64,000 nt of DNA from an uncultured delta proteobacterium (GCA_963775425.1 CAVZJB010000017.1:160001-224000), one strand, 5' to 3'; positions 38,547 through 48,114 are shown, counted from the first letter of the stretch. The notes: a model not told the origin generated them from the letters alone. Numbers and translations are program-made.

Positions 38547-39410
38547 TCACCCACGGCGCGAGCGAATGAGCCCTTCTTGTGCCGTGGACGCGACGAGCCG
38601 CCCGTCACGCGAAAAGATGCTGCCTCGGACGAGGCCGCGCGCGCCCGACGCCGACGGGCTGTGCATCACGTGGAGCAGCCAGTCATCCATGCGAAACGGG
38701 CGGTGGAACCACATCACGTGGTCGATGCTCGCGACCTGCATCGCGGGGTTCACCCAGGTGACGCCGTGCGGCCGCATCGCCGTGGTGACGAAGGAGAAGT
38801 CGGAGCAGTACGCGAGCAGATAGCGATGAAGCGCGGGCGTGTCGGCGAGCGTGCCGGCCGCCTTGAGCCAGACCGCGTGATCGGCGGGCTTCTTCTCCGG
38901 CGCGAAGGGCTCGACGGGATCGACGGGCACGACGACGATGGGGCGCTCGGCGAGCGCGCGGGCACGAACGCCGTCGGGGATGCCCTTGGCGAGCCGCCGC
39001 CACTGATCGAGCTCGCTCTCGAGACCTTCGGGTCCGCGCGTCTCCGGCATCGGGTCGGCGTGGTCGAAGCCGGGCTCGTCGAGCTGGAACGACGACGACA
39101 TGTGGAAGATGGGGCGCCCGCTCTGCACGGCCACCACGCGTCGCGTGGTGAAGCTCGCGCCGTCGCGAATGCGATCCACGTCGTAGACGATGGGCTTCTT
39201 GGCGTCGCCCGGCCGAAGGAAGTATGCGTGCATCGAGTGGACGCGCCTGTCCTCGGGGACAGTCTGCGCCGCCGCCGACAACGCCTGCCCGAGCACCTGA
39301 CCGCCGAAGACCTGTCCCCAGCCGAGGTCCTGGCTCTGTCCGCGGAAGAGGTTCTCCTCGATGCGCTCGAGGGCGAGGAGCATGACCAGCTCGTCGAGGA
39401 CGCGTGTCAT
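38547..39410 (-). CDS. tesB: Acyl-CoA thioesterase II
   Basis: FGGQVLGQAL, HAYFLRPGD, RDGASF, ASIDHVMWFH, AQEG. Confidence 0.95.
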   Translation of the reverse strand: MTRVLDELVMLLALERIEENLFRGQSQDLGWGQVFGGQVLGQALSAAAQTVPEDRRVHSMHAYFLRPGDAKKPIVYDVDRIRDGASFTTRRVVAVQSGRPIFHMSSSFQLDEPGFDHADPMPETRGPEGLESELDQWRRLAKGIPDGVRARALAERPIVVVPVDPVEPFAPEKKPADHAVWLKAAGTLADTPALHRYLLAYCSDFSFVTTAMRPHGVTWVNPAMQVASIDHVMWFHRPFRMDDWLLHVMHSPSASGARGLVRGSIFSRDGRLVASTAQEGLIRSRRG

Positions 39411-39568
39411 CCCGCGCACCCTAGCCGTCCGTTCGTCGTCGAGCGAGCCCTTTCCCGCGGACACACGTTGCTTCCAGCCCCGTGCGATGACCCTGGCACC
39501 GTTCCATCGCCACCGATGGGTCGGCATGTGCCGTGCACGTTCAGCGACGAGGACTTTCCGGAGGAAAC

Positions 39569-40660
39569 ATGCACAGCACCAGGATCATGAGCATCGGCGC
39601 TGCCGTCAGCGTCGCTCTGCTGCCCGCCATCGCGCACGCCGCCGACGACGTCATGCCCACCGACGACGCAGCGTACGACACCTGTATGAACGACTGCTCC
39701 GCAAACTGCGCGAACGCAGGGACCGGCGCAGCGACGCCGGCGCCACAGAAGACCACGGTGACCGACGAGAAGAAGATCGACACGGGCGCAGGCACCAGCG
39801 AAGAGAAGAAGGTCACGACCACCGAGGACAGCGCCCGCGTCTCGCCCGACGAGCAGGCCGCCGCGGTCGAAGCCGCGCGCGCTGAAGAGCGTGCTCGGGC
39901 GGCCGAGGAGTTCCGCGCCGAGGAGCAGCGGCTCAACGACGAGCACGAGGCCGACCTCGAGCGCGTCCGCACCGAGGCGCAGCAGCGCGCCGACGAACAG
40001 ATCGCGCACGAGCAGGCAACCCAGCAGCAGAAGATCGACATGCTCACCGCCGAGCAGAAAGAGGCCGAGCGGGCCGCGAAGCAAGAGGAGCGGCCGCTGA
40101 TCGAGCACGCGCTGCTGACGCCCGTCGGGATCTACGGCCAAATCGGCGGCGGCGTCGGCGACTTCACGCAGCCGAGCGCCTCCGGAACGACGAGCGTCGG
40201 CGGGAACTGGGATGCGCGCATCGGCATCGGGACCCGCTCGATCTTCGGCATCGAAGCCGACTACGCCGGCGGCTCCCGCGACATCTCCGCGCTCGGTCTG
40301 TCGAGCAGCGCGTTCCTCGTGAACAACGGCGTCGAGGGCATCGCGCGCTTGAACGTCCCCGTCACGATGACCAACAGCACGGGGATCTTCGAGCCGTACA
40401 CCTTCGGCGGCGTCGGCTGGCAGCACTACTCGCTCGCCAACGCGCCCACCAACACGTCTGACGTGAGCAACACCGACGACATCATGACGGTGCCGCTCGG
40501 CGTCGGCGTCGACCTCGGCCTCGGCGGCTTCACCCTCGACGGACGTTGGACGTACCGCCACGCGTTCTTCAGCGACCTCCTCGGCTCGCCGACGAGCAGC
40601 TTCGCCCCGACGTCACTGAACTCGTGGGAGCTCGGCGCCGGCATCGGCTTCGAGTTCTGA
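39569..40660 (+). CDS. Exported protein: Cys motif + coiled coil + OmpA-like outer-membrane beta-barrel
   Basis: Signal peptide ..AIAHA; CMNDCSANC; E/A/Q-rich coil; barrel strands (EPYTFGGVGW); terminal GIGFEF. Confidence 0.75.
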   Translation: MHSTRIMSIGAAVSVALLPAIAHAADDVMPTDDAAYDTCMNDCSANCANAGTGAATPAPQKTTVTDEKKIDTGAGTSEEKKVTTTEDSARVSPDEQAAAVEAARAEERARAAEEFRAEEQRLNDEHEADLERVRTEAQQRADEQIAHEQATQQQKIDMLTAEQKEAERAAKQEERPLIEHALLTPVGIYGQIGGGVGDFTQPSASGTTSVGGNWDARIGIGTRSIFGIEADYAGGSRDISALGLSSSAFLVNNGVEGIARLNVPVTMTNSTGIFEPYTFGGVGWQHYSLANAPTNTSDVSNTDDIMTVPLGVGVDLGLGGFTLDGRWTYRHAFFSDLLGSPTSSFAPTSLNSWELGAGIGFEF

Positions 40661-40704
40661 CGCGCTCGCTTGCTTGGTCGACCGGCGCGGCCGGCGTTGT
40701 GGCC

Positions 40705-41232
40705 TCAGGGCTGCGCGCCGGCCGCGTCGTTTTTGGGGCAGTCACCCCACAGGTCGACGAAGGCGGCGCGGTCTTGGGCGGTGGGCCTGACCGTGAGGTT
40801 GCCGGGGTTCATCAGGCTCGCGCGCGCGTCGACGGGGACGTGCACGAGGCCGAGCGTGTGCCCGATCTCGTGAGCCATGGTGATGGCGAGCCTGTCACGG
40901 TTCACGAGGGAGTCGTTGACGAAGATCTCTCCGCGAGAGTCGTCGTAGAAGCCGTGGAAGTTGCTGCCCGCGGGATCGAAGTGCACGGGGATGTGCGGCG
41001 CGTCAGCCACGTCCGCGTCCACGCCGTCGACCACGTAGCGGGCGCCGGCGAGCGCGTTCCACATCGAGGCGCCGTCGACGACGCCCTGGCGCTCCGCGTC
41101 GGTGGTGGCCGCCTCGGGTGCGAGCACCACGGGCTCGCACGGGTCGAACACGGTCTTGATGGTGTAGTCGCCCGCCGATTGCCCGCAGGCCGAAGCGGCG
41201 ACGACGGCGACCGCGCAGACGAGCGCCCTCAT
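40705..41232 (-). CDS. Metzincin (matrixin-like) zinc metalloprotease lipoprotein
   Basis: Lipobox ASAC; HEIGHTLGLVH; Met-turn SLMNP. Confidence 0.88.
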   Translation of the reverse strand: MRALVCAVAVVAASACGQSAGDYTIKTVFDPCEPVVLAPEAATTDAERQGVVDGASMWNALAGARYVVDGVDADVADAPHIPVHFDPAGSNFHGFYDDSRGEIFVNDSLVNRDRLAITMAHEIGHTLGLVHVPVDARASLMNPGNLTVRPTAQDRAAFVDLWGDCPKNDAAGAQP

Positions 41233-41888
41233 CGCGCTCCCCCGAACGCCACGGTGGTGCTCTCGGTGAAGTCTTCGGCCATGTCGACGACGCACATGAC
41301 GCCGAAGCGCTTGTGGTCGCCGCACGACACGCCCGCTTGCGCGTAGAGCGGGCGCAGGATGGCGTTGCGGTGGCCGCGGTTCTTGACGCCGTCGTCGATG
41401 AGCAGGTCGACGACGATGTCGCGCGCGTCGCTCCAGCCGTAGTCGATGACCTCGCCCGATAGCCCGTCTGAGCGGCCGTGACGTGAGATGCGTTGGAAGC
41501 TGTTGCTGCCGTCGGTGCCGCGGTGCCCGACGGCGCCGGTGGGCCCTTCGTCCACGACCTGATCGCGCGCCGCCAACGCCAGACCGCGCGAGGGCGTGAG
41601 CGGGCCCGCCGGCGGCGCCGCCTTCAGCGCGGCGATGGCCTCCTCGAGCGCCGGCTCGCCCTCGACCGTCTTGATGGGCGGTTCCCCACGGGGTCGCAGC
41701 ATGAGATCGCCCCGAAAGGTGCCGCGCATCGCCTCGAGGACGCGCGCGTAGCCGGCGGGGTCGGCGCGCATGCGGTTGAGCTCGGCGAGCACCGCGCTCT
41801 CCAGCGCGCGCGCGGGCGGGGCGCCGGCGCGAACCGTGAACGAGGCAGCCATGAGCGTGACGACGACGACAACCGTTCGAGCATGCAT
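41229..41888 (-). CDS. Secreted CAP/SCP-domain protein
   Basis: Signal peptide; LNRMR, GHRGTDGS, LLIDDGVKNRGHRNAIL, GVSCGDH. Confidence 0.88.
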   Translation of the reverse strand: MHARTVVVVVTLMAASFTVRAGAPPARALESAVLAELNRMRADPAGYARVLEAMRGTFRGDLMLRPRGEPPIKTVEGEPALEEAIAALKAAPPAGPLTPSRGLALAARDQVVDEGPTGAVGHRGTDGSNSFQRISRHGRSDGLSGEVIDYGWSDARDIVVDLLIDDGVKNRGHRNAILRPLYAQAGVSCGDHKRFGVMCVVDMAEDFTESTTVAFGGAR

Positions 41889-41965
41889 GCGAAGGCAGCA
41901 TGCAGGGCCGCGATCGAAGGCGTCAAGCCGCCCACCGTCATGTGCGCCAACGCCCAGCGCGCACG

Positions 41966-42676
41966 TCAGGGCGCGGCGGCCTCAGCGTCGTGCGAACGAA
42001 CGATGAGGTTGTCGAAGACGGTCTCGGAGTGGTCGATGACGGCGACGCCCACGCGCCCGCTGCGCACGGCGACAGGCACGTCGTCGTCGAAGATGCTGTT
42101 GCCGTCCATCTGCACGGAGAGGTGTGTCCCCACGAGGTCGACGTCGACGTCGATGGCCTGGCCGACGTCGTGCGGGGCCGGCACCTGCCCCTCCGCGGTG
42201 AACATCGTGAACGTGCAGTCCCGGATCTCCTGCACCATGAGATCGCCGAGGGCGCCGTTCTCCGACAGCGCGCGGAAGTTGAGCTGCACGCGGTTCGCGG
42301 GGTCCTGCGAGCGGAGCACCAACACCTTGTCGACGCGCAGCACGGACGCCATCCGCACGTGCACCGAGAGGTCCTGCGCCTGCGCCGTGGACCAGATCGC
42401 GTGCGTCATGAGCGAGTCCGGGCACGGGCCGGGGACCTGCTCGGGGCCGGTGCCGACGTACCAGCCGTCCTCGACGTCCCACGCGCCGCCCTCGCTCGCG
42501 AAGGTCGCGTCGTTGCCGTCGTTGAAGTCGATGCACGCGGTCTCGCTGCCGTCGAGGTCGCTGCATGAAAAGTCGCTCGCGTCCGGCAACGGGTGGTCGA
42601 TGGCGTCGGGCCCGCTCCCGACGGGTCCACACGCGCAGGTCCCGAGCACACCGGCGATGACGATGATCTTCTTCAC
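41966..42676 (-). CDS. Lipoprotein with concanavalin-like (DUF1080/LamG-type) beta-sandwich
   Basis: GTG start, lipobox-like CACG; WDVEDG, SGRVGV, VFDNLIV. Confidence 0.6.
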   Translation of the reverse strand: MKKIIVIAGVLGTCACGPVGSGPDAIDHPLPDASDFSCSDLDGSETACIDFNDGNDATFASEGGAWDVEDGWYVGTGPEQVPGPCPDSLMTHAIWSTAQAQDLSVHVRMASVLRVDKVLVLRSQDPANRVQLNFRALSENGALGDLMVQEIRDCTFTMFTAEGQVPAPHDVGQAIDVDVDLVGTHLSVQMDGNSIFDDDVPVAVRSGRVGVAVIDHSETVFDNLIVRSHDAEAAAP

Positions 42677-42790
42677 ACGGCCCCCTTGTCTTCGGCGAGC
42701 GACGCTGCAGCAGGCGTGCCTCCAGTTGCGCGGACCGCACCGGCGTCGTACCCGGGCGGTCGTGTTCCTCGAGAACCGAACGGTGACGCC

Positions 42791-43483
42791 GTGAAGATCC
42801 CCTCCTCCTGGACCGCGGCTGTCGGCGCCGAGTTGGACAAGCCGTACTTCCGCTCGCTCTCCGCGTTCCTCGACACCGAGCGCGCGCACAAGACCGTGTT
42901 CCCGCCGGCGAGAGACGTGTTCCGCGCCCTCGAGGTCACGCCGTTTGCCGACGTGCGCGTGCTGCTCCTCGGGCAGGACCCGTACCACGACGACGGCCAG
43001 GCGCATGGCCTGTGCTTCTCGGTGAAGCCGCCCACCCGGCCGCCGCCGTCGTTGAAGAACATCTTCAAGGAGCTGCAGACAGACCTCGGCTGCACGCCGC
43101 CCGAGCACGGCGATCTCACGGCGTGGGCGCGCCAGGGCGTGCTGCTGTTGAACGCGGTGCTCACCGTCGAGGCCCACCGCGCCAACTCCCACAAGGGCAA
43201 GGGTTGGGAGACGTTCACCGACGCCGTCATCGCCAGCCTGAACGCGCGGGAGACGCCGCTCGTCTTCTGCCTCTGGGGCGCGTACGCGCGCAAGAAGGCC
43301 AAGCTCGTCGACACCTCGCGCCACACCGTCATCGAGGGCGCGCACCCGTCGCCGCTGTCGATGAAGAAGTTCTTCGGCAGCAAGCCGTTCTCCGCAATCA
43401 ACGGGGCCCTCGCCGCCCAAGGACACCAGCCCATCACGTGGCAACTGGACGCACGGCCCCTCTCCCCGGTCGCGCACTCGTGA
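42791..43483 (+). CDS. ung: Uracil-DNA glycosylase (family 1)
   Basis: GQDPYH, AHGLCFSV, PPSL, QGVLLLN, HPSPLS all intact. Confidence 0.96.
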   Translation: MKIPSSWTAAVGAELDKPYFRSLSAFLDTERAHKTVFPPARDVFRALEVTPFADVRVLLLGQDPYHDDGQAHGLCFSVKPPTRPPPSLKNIFKELQTDLGCTPPEHGDLTAWARQGVLLLNAVLTVEAHRANSHKGKGWETFTDAVIASLNARETPLVFCLWGAYARKKAKLVDTSRHTVIEGAHPSPLSMKKFFGSKPFSAINGALAAQGHQPITWQLDARPLSPVAHS

Positions 43484-45057
43484 GCGCCGCCGACCCCACC
43501 GATACGCTCGAGCTCACGCCGTTGTTCGACGGCGGCGGCGAGCCCTGGCTTCCCCTGTTGAAGCCCGTCATCGAGAAGCAACGCGACGCGGGCGACTTCA
43601 TCGGCCCCGGGCGCGACAAGGGCATCGTGCCCGTGCGCGAGCTGACGTTCCAGGCGCTCAAGCCCAACCCGCCCGGCAAGTGGCGCGTGGTGATCTTCGG
43701 GCAGAACCCGTACCCGCGCGTGGAGTCGGCGACGGGCATCGCCATGTTCGACAACGCCTTCGCCGACTGGAAGGAACCCCAGTTCGGCAAGGTCACCTCC
43801 ATCCGCTGCATCATCAAAGCGGCGTGCATGAACAAGCTCGGCATCGAGAAGGCCACCTCCACCGCCGCCATCCGGTCGCTCCTCGCCAAAAACGACGTCG
43901 TCACGCCGCCCCAGTGGTTCCAGGCCATGCTCACCCAGGGCGTGCTCTTGTTGAACGCTGCGCTCACCGCGAGCAGCGACAACGCGGTGTCCACCTCGCG
44001 CCACACGAGCTTCTGGAAGCCCGTCGTGGAGGCGGTGGTCACCGAGATCCTGCGCGCCAAGCACGAACAGAAGGAGGGTGTGGTCTTCGCCTGGTGGGGC
44101 GCGCACGCAAAGCTCCTGCGCGCCATGGTGGACAAGATCGCGCCGCGGTTCCCCGACGCCGTCGTCCGCCACGTCGACCACTGCAACCCCGCGGCGCAGG
44201 GGGACATGTTCTGCAACAAGGACCACTTCGGCGAGATCAACGCGGCGCTGTCGTCGCTGTCGATGAAGCCCGTGGACTGGCTGCCGGTGCAGGGCGGTGA
44301 CCTCGGCGCAGGCCAGGACGAGCACAAGCGCCTCGGCGACTTCATCGAGAGCACGCGCGAGCTGCACAAGCTCTACCTCGAGCGTCTCCAGGGCGTCGGC
44401 GACGAGCAGCTCGAGGAGCTCGAGGCCATCACGGGCCTCGCCACGCTCTCCGTCCCCACGTTGCCGGCGGCGGTGGAGCCGCTCCTCGCGCTGTTCCCCG
44501 GGCTCAAGCTGTTCGCGAAGAAGGCGGCGGAGCGCGCGCCGGAGCTGTTGAAGGCGGCGGCGGTGCCCGGGCTCACCGCCGACGAGGTGGGCGCGCTCTT
44601 CCTGTACACGACGGAGTCGCCGCTGTACCGCTCGCTGAACGCCGCGCTTCGCGACAAGAGCCGCGCGAAGGCGGAGCCGTGGCACGGCTACCTGCGGTTG
44701 TTCCTGAGCGCCCATGACAAGCTCGAGCGGCGCAACGAGAGCCTCTGGCGCGGCGTGCACAAGGACCTGCGCAAGGAGTACCCCACGGGCCGCACCGTCA
44801 CGTGGTGGGGCGTGTCGTCATGCACGACCAAGCTGGCGGTGGCCAAGGGCTTCCTCGGCCAGAAGGGCAAGCGGATGCTGTTCGAGGTCAAGCCCAGGAG
44901 CGCCGTGAGCATCCGCGCGTTCTCGGCGTTCACCGGTGAAGAGGAGCTCGTGTTGGCCCCCGGCACGAGCTTCTCCGTCGTCGACGTCGCCCCCGGCGAC
45001 GACGGCCTCGTTCACGTGAAGCTCGAGGAGCTCGAGCAGGAAAGGCTCATCCGCTGA
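43480..45057 (+). CDS. Fusion of a divergent family-1 UDG-like domain and an R-S-E (cholera-toxin-like) mono-ADP-ribosyltransferase domain (525 aa)
   Basis: N-terminus: VVIFGQNPYP, ATGIAMF, QGVLLLNAALT, VFAWWG, HCNPAA, FGEINAAL, PVDW. C-terminus: ALFLYT..LYRSLNAALR, LWRG, VSSCT, GEEELVLAPG. GTGA overlap with ung. Confidence 0.88.
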   Translation: MSAADPTDTLELTPLFDGGGEPWLPLLKPVIEKQRDAGDFIGPGRDKGIVPVRELTFQALKPNPPGKWRVVIFGQNPYPRVESATGIAMFDNAFADWKEPQFGKVTSIRCIIKAACMNKLGIEKATSTAAIRSLLAKNDVVTPPQWFQAMLTQGVLLLNAALTASSDNAVSTSRHTSFWKPVVEAVVTEILRAKHEQKEGVVFAWWGAHAKLLRAMVDKIAPRFPDAVVRHVDHCNPAAQGDMFCNKDHFGEINAALSSLSMKPVDWLPVQGGDLGAGQDEHKRLGDFIESTRELHKLYLERLQGVGDEQLEELEAITGLATLSVPTLPAAVEPLLALFPGLKLFAKKAAERAPELLKAAAVPGLTADEVGALFLYTTESPLYRSLNAALRDKSRAKAEPWHGYLRLFLSAHDKLERRNESLWRGVHKDLRKEYPTGRTVTWWGVSSCTTKLAVAKGFLGQKGKRMLFEVKPRSAVSIRAFSAFTGEEELVLAPGTSFSVVDVAPGDDGLVHVKLEELEQERLIR

Positions 45058-46385
45058 TGCAGCTCCCCAGCTTTCTCCGCCCCCTCCCCGACGCTCCACG
45101 CATCGCCGACGCCCAGCGCGCGGACAAGGCCTTTCGCTCCACGCGCATCGGCATCCTGGTGGCGCTCACCATCGTCTACGGCTTCTTCTACACGTGCCGC
45201 ATCGGCCTCTCCGTCGTCAAGAAGCCGCTGCTTGACGCCGGCATCTTCAACGCCACGGAGCTCGGCCAGATCGGCGCCTGCCTGTTGTGGGGCTACGCCC
45301 TCGGCAAGCTCATCAACGGCGTGTTCGCCGATCGCGTGAACGTCTCGCGCTTCATCCCCCTCGGCCTGGCGCTCTCCGCGGTGGCCAACCTGGCCATGGG
45401 CAGCAACTCGCTGTTCGTCGTCGCGTGCCTGTTGTGGGTGGTGAACGGCCTGTGCCAGGGCGTCGGCGCCACGGCGAGCGTGGTGAGCCTCACGCAGTGG
45501 TTCTCCGGCAGCGAGCGCGGGCGCGTATACGGCATCTGGAGCGCGGCGCACTCCGTCGGCGAGGGCATGACCTTCTTCGGGACCTCCGCGCTCGTCGCCG
45601 CCATGGGTTGGCGCGCGGGCTTCCTCGGGCCCGGCGGCGTCTGCCTCGTCATCGCGTGCGGCGCCGCGCTCGTGTTGAAGGACCGCCCGCAGGCGTACGG
45701 CCTGCCGCCCGTGTCGGACTGGAAGGGCGAGCCGCACGAGGAGAAGTCCGCGTCGACGCGCGCGGCCCAGCTCGAGGTGGTGAAGAACCCGGCCATCTGG
45801 GTCTGCGCCATCGCGTCCGCGCTCATGTACGTGTCGCGCTACGCGGTGAACAACTGGGGCGTGCTCTACCTGCAGGAGGCGCGCGGCTACACCCTCATCG
45901 AGGCGGGCAGCATCGTCGGCATCAACACCATCGCCGGCTTCATCGGCTCCGCCGCCTACGGGTTCATCTCCGACCTCGGCTTCAAGGGGCGCCGGCCGCC
46001 CGCCACGTTCCTCTTCGGGTTCGTCGAGGTTCTCGCGCTCTTCGTGATCTACTACGGGCCCAGGAGCACCGTGCTGTTGTCGGTGGCGTTCTTCGTCTAC
46101 GGGTTCACGATGTCGGGCATCCTCGCGGTGCTCGGCGGACTGTTCGCCGTGGACCTGTCGTCCAAGCGGGCCGCGGGCATGGCCATGGGCTTCGTGGGCT
46201 TCATCTCGTACGTCGGCGCCACCGCGCAGGACCTCGTGTCGGGCTACCTCATCGACCTCGGCACCCACACGGTGAACGGCGTGAAGCACATCGACTTCAC
46301 CATCCCCATCATCGGCTGGGTGGGGGCGTCGGTGCTGAGCATGCTGCTGGCGGCCACCCTCTGGAAGGTCCGCACCAGGGAGTGA
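45057..46385 (+). CDS. MFS organophosphate:Pi antiporter (GlpT/UhpT family)
   Basis: YGFFYTCR, YALGKL, QWFSGSERG..IWSAAH, DRPQAYGLPP, YVSRYA; 12 TM. Confidence 0.9.
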   Translation: MQLPSFLRPLPDAPRIADAQRADKAFRSTRIGILVALTIVYGFFYTCRIGLSVVKKPLLDAGIFNATELGQIGACLLWGYALGKLINGVFADRVNVSRFIPLGLALSAVANLAMGSNSLFVVACLLWVVNGLCQGVGATASVVSLTQWFSGSERGRVYGIWSAAHSVGEGMTFFGTSALVAAMGWRAGFLGPGGVCLVIACGAALVLKDRPQAYGLPPVSDWKGEPHEEKSASTRAAQLEVVKNPAIWVCAIASALMYVSRYAVNNWGVLYLQEARGYTLIEAGSIVGINTIAGFIGSAAYGFISDLGFKGRRPPATFLFGFVEVLALFVIYYGPRSTVLLSVAFFVYGFTMSGILAVLGGLFAVDLSSKRAAGMAMGFVGFISYVGATAQDLVSGYLIDLGTHTVNGVKHIDFTIPIIGWVGASVLSMLLAATLWKVRTRE

Positions 46386-46441
46386 CACCGTTTCCTCGGG
46401 GTGCGCATTGCGGTCGGCGGCGGCCCCGGTAGCGTTCGCGC

Positions 46442-47437
46442 ATGAAGAAGCTGTTGCTCCTCGGGGCCGGCCGCATCGGCCAGGTCCACGCGCGAAACGT
46501 CCTCGCGAGCGGCGCCGCTCGCCTGGTGGGCGTCGTCGACGTCAACCGCGCCGCCGCCGAAGCGCTCGCCGAGGCCACGGGCGCGCGCGTGTTCGACAGC
46601 GCCGACGCCGCCCTCGACACCGCCGACGTGCAAGGCGTGATGATCTGCACGTCCACGGATACGCACGTCGACATGATCCTCAAAGCGGCGGCGCGCACGC
46701 TCCCGGTGTTCTGCGAGAAGCCCGTCGACCTGGCCATGGCGAAGGTGCAGCGCTGCCTCGCGGAGGTGAAGTCCGCCGGCGTCCCGTTGCTGATGGGCTT
46801 CAACCGCCGCTTCGACCCGAGCTTCAAGTCGCTGCACGACCGCCTGCGCGAGATCGGCTCCGTGGAGGCCGTGGCCATCACGAGCCGCGACCCGCAGCCG
46901 CCGCCGCCGGCGTACGTGAAGACGTCCGGCGGCATCTTCCGCGACATGATGATCCACGACCTCGACATGGCCCGCTTCCTCCTCGGCGACGAGCCCGTCG
47001 AGGTCTTCGCCACCGGCGCCGCCCTCGTCGATCCCGAGATCGGCAAGGCCGGCGACGTCGACACCGCCACGGTGGTGCTGCGCACCGCGCGCGGCGCCAT
47101 GGTCACCATCCACAACAGCCGCCGCGCGGTCTACGGCTACGACCAACGCATCGAGGTCTTCGGCGAGAAGGGTGCGCTGTTCGCAGGCAACCCCACGCCC
47201 ACCACGGTGGTCAGGCTCGGCGCCGACGGCGCCGTCGGCGACAAGCCGCTGCACTTCTTCCTCGAGCGCTACGCCGACGCCTACCGCGCCGAGCTCGCCC
47301 ACTTCCTCGACGTCATCGACGGGAAGGCCGCGCCGCTCGTGACCGGCGAAGACGGCCGCCGCGCGCTCGCCCTGGCCGACGCGTGCGAGGCCTCGTTGCG
47401 CTCGAAGAGCGCCGTGGCCGTCGGGGTGTCGTCGTGA
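46442..47437 (+). CDS. iolG: myo-Inositol 2-dehydrogenase
   Basis: GAGRIG, CEKP, GFNRRFDP, TSRDP, SGGIFRDMMIHD, YGYDQR, FFLERY. Confidence 0.92.
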   Translation: MKKLLLLGAGRIGQVHARNVLASGAARLVGVVDVNRAAAEALAEATGARVFDSADAALDTADVQGVMICTSTDTHVDMILKAAARTLPVFCEKPVDLAMAKVQRCLAEVKSAGVPLLMGFNRRFDPSFKSLHDRLREIGSVEAVAITSRDPQPPPPAYVKTSGGIFRDMMIHDLDMARFLLGDEPVEVFATGAALVDPEIGKAGDVDTATVVLRTARGAMVTIHNSRRAVYGYDQRIEVFGEKGALFAGNPTPTTVVRLGADGAVGDKPLHFFLERYADAYRAELAHFLDVIDGKAAPLVTGEDGRRALALADACEASLRSKSAVAVGVSS

Positions 47438-48114
47438 GCCTCGACGCGGTCTTTCGCGGGTTTCACATCGCCGCGGGCGGGATCGCGCTCGGCTCGATGT
47501 GGATCCCGATGTTCGCCAAGAAGGGCGGCCTGCTCCACCGCCGCGCCGGCTGGGTCTACGCCGTGGCCATGTGGGTGGCAGCGCTCTTCGCGTGGGTGGT
47601 CTGCGCCGGGCGTCTCCTCGACCAGAAGCCGGCCAACGACCACAACGCGCTGTTCCTCGCGTTCGTCGGGCTGCTCGCCGCCAACAACGCCGCCGTCGGT
47701 GTGCGCGTGCTCCGCAGCAGGGGGCGGACCGACAAGCCCGCCGGTGCGCTCGACGTGGCGATGAGCGCGCTGCTCCTCGTCGGCAGCGTCGGCCTGGCGG
47801 TGCTCGGCGTCACCGGCGGCCGCATCCTCGACGACGTCTTCGCCGCCCTCGGCGTGTTCCTGTCCCTCCGTCAGCTCCGGTTCTGGCTGCGGCCGCCGGC
47901 GCTGAAACAGCAGTGGTGGCTCGAGCACATGGGCAACATGCTCGCGTCGTGCATCGGCACGGCCACGGCGTTCCTCGTCGTCAACGCCGGGCACCTGGGG
48001 CTGTCCGGTCCTGCCGTGCTCGTCGTGTGGATCGCCCCCGGCGTCGTCGGCGCCTTCGGCATCCGCGTCTGGACGCAGCGCTACCGCAAGCGCTTCACCA
48101 AGGGGGCCGCTTGA
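47434..48114 (+). CDS. DUF2306-like His-containing membrane protein
   Basis: HIAAG..KKGG..HRRAGWVY; WWLEHMGNM..IGTATAF. Confidence 0.7.
   Translation: MSLDAVFRGFHIAAGGIALGSMWIPMFAKKGGLLHRRAGWVYAVAMWVAALFAWVVCAGRLLDQKPANDHNALFLAFVGLLAANNAAVGVRVLRSRGRTDKPAGALDVAMSALLLVGSVGLAVLGVTGGRILDDVFAALGVFLSLRQLRFWLRPPALKQQWWLEHMGNMLASCIGTATAFLVVNAGHLGLSGPAVLVVWIAPGVVGAFGIRVWTQRYRKRFTKGAA

Noticed and set aside
43480-45057. DarT/DarG-type DNA ADP-ribosylation toxin-antitoxin system
   Set aside because: The ART has R-S-ExE motifs rather than DarT motifs, and no macrodomain or NADAR partner is present.
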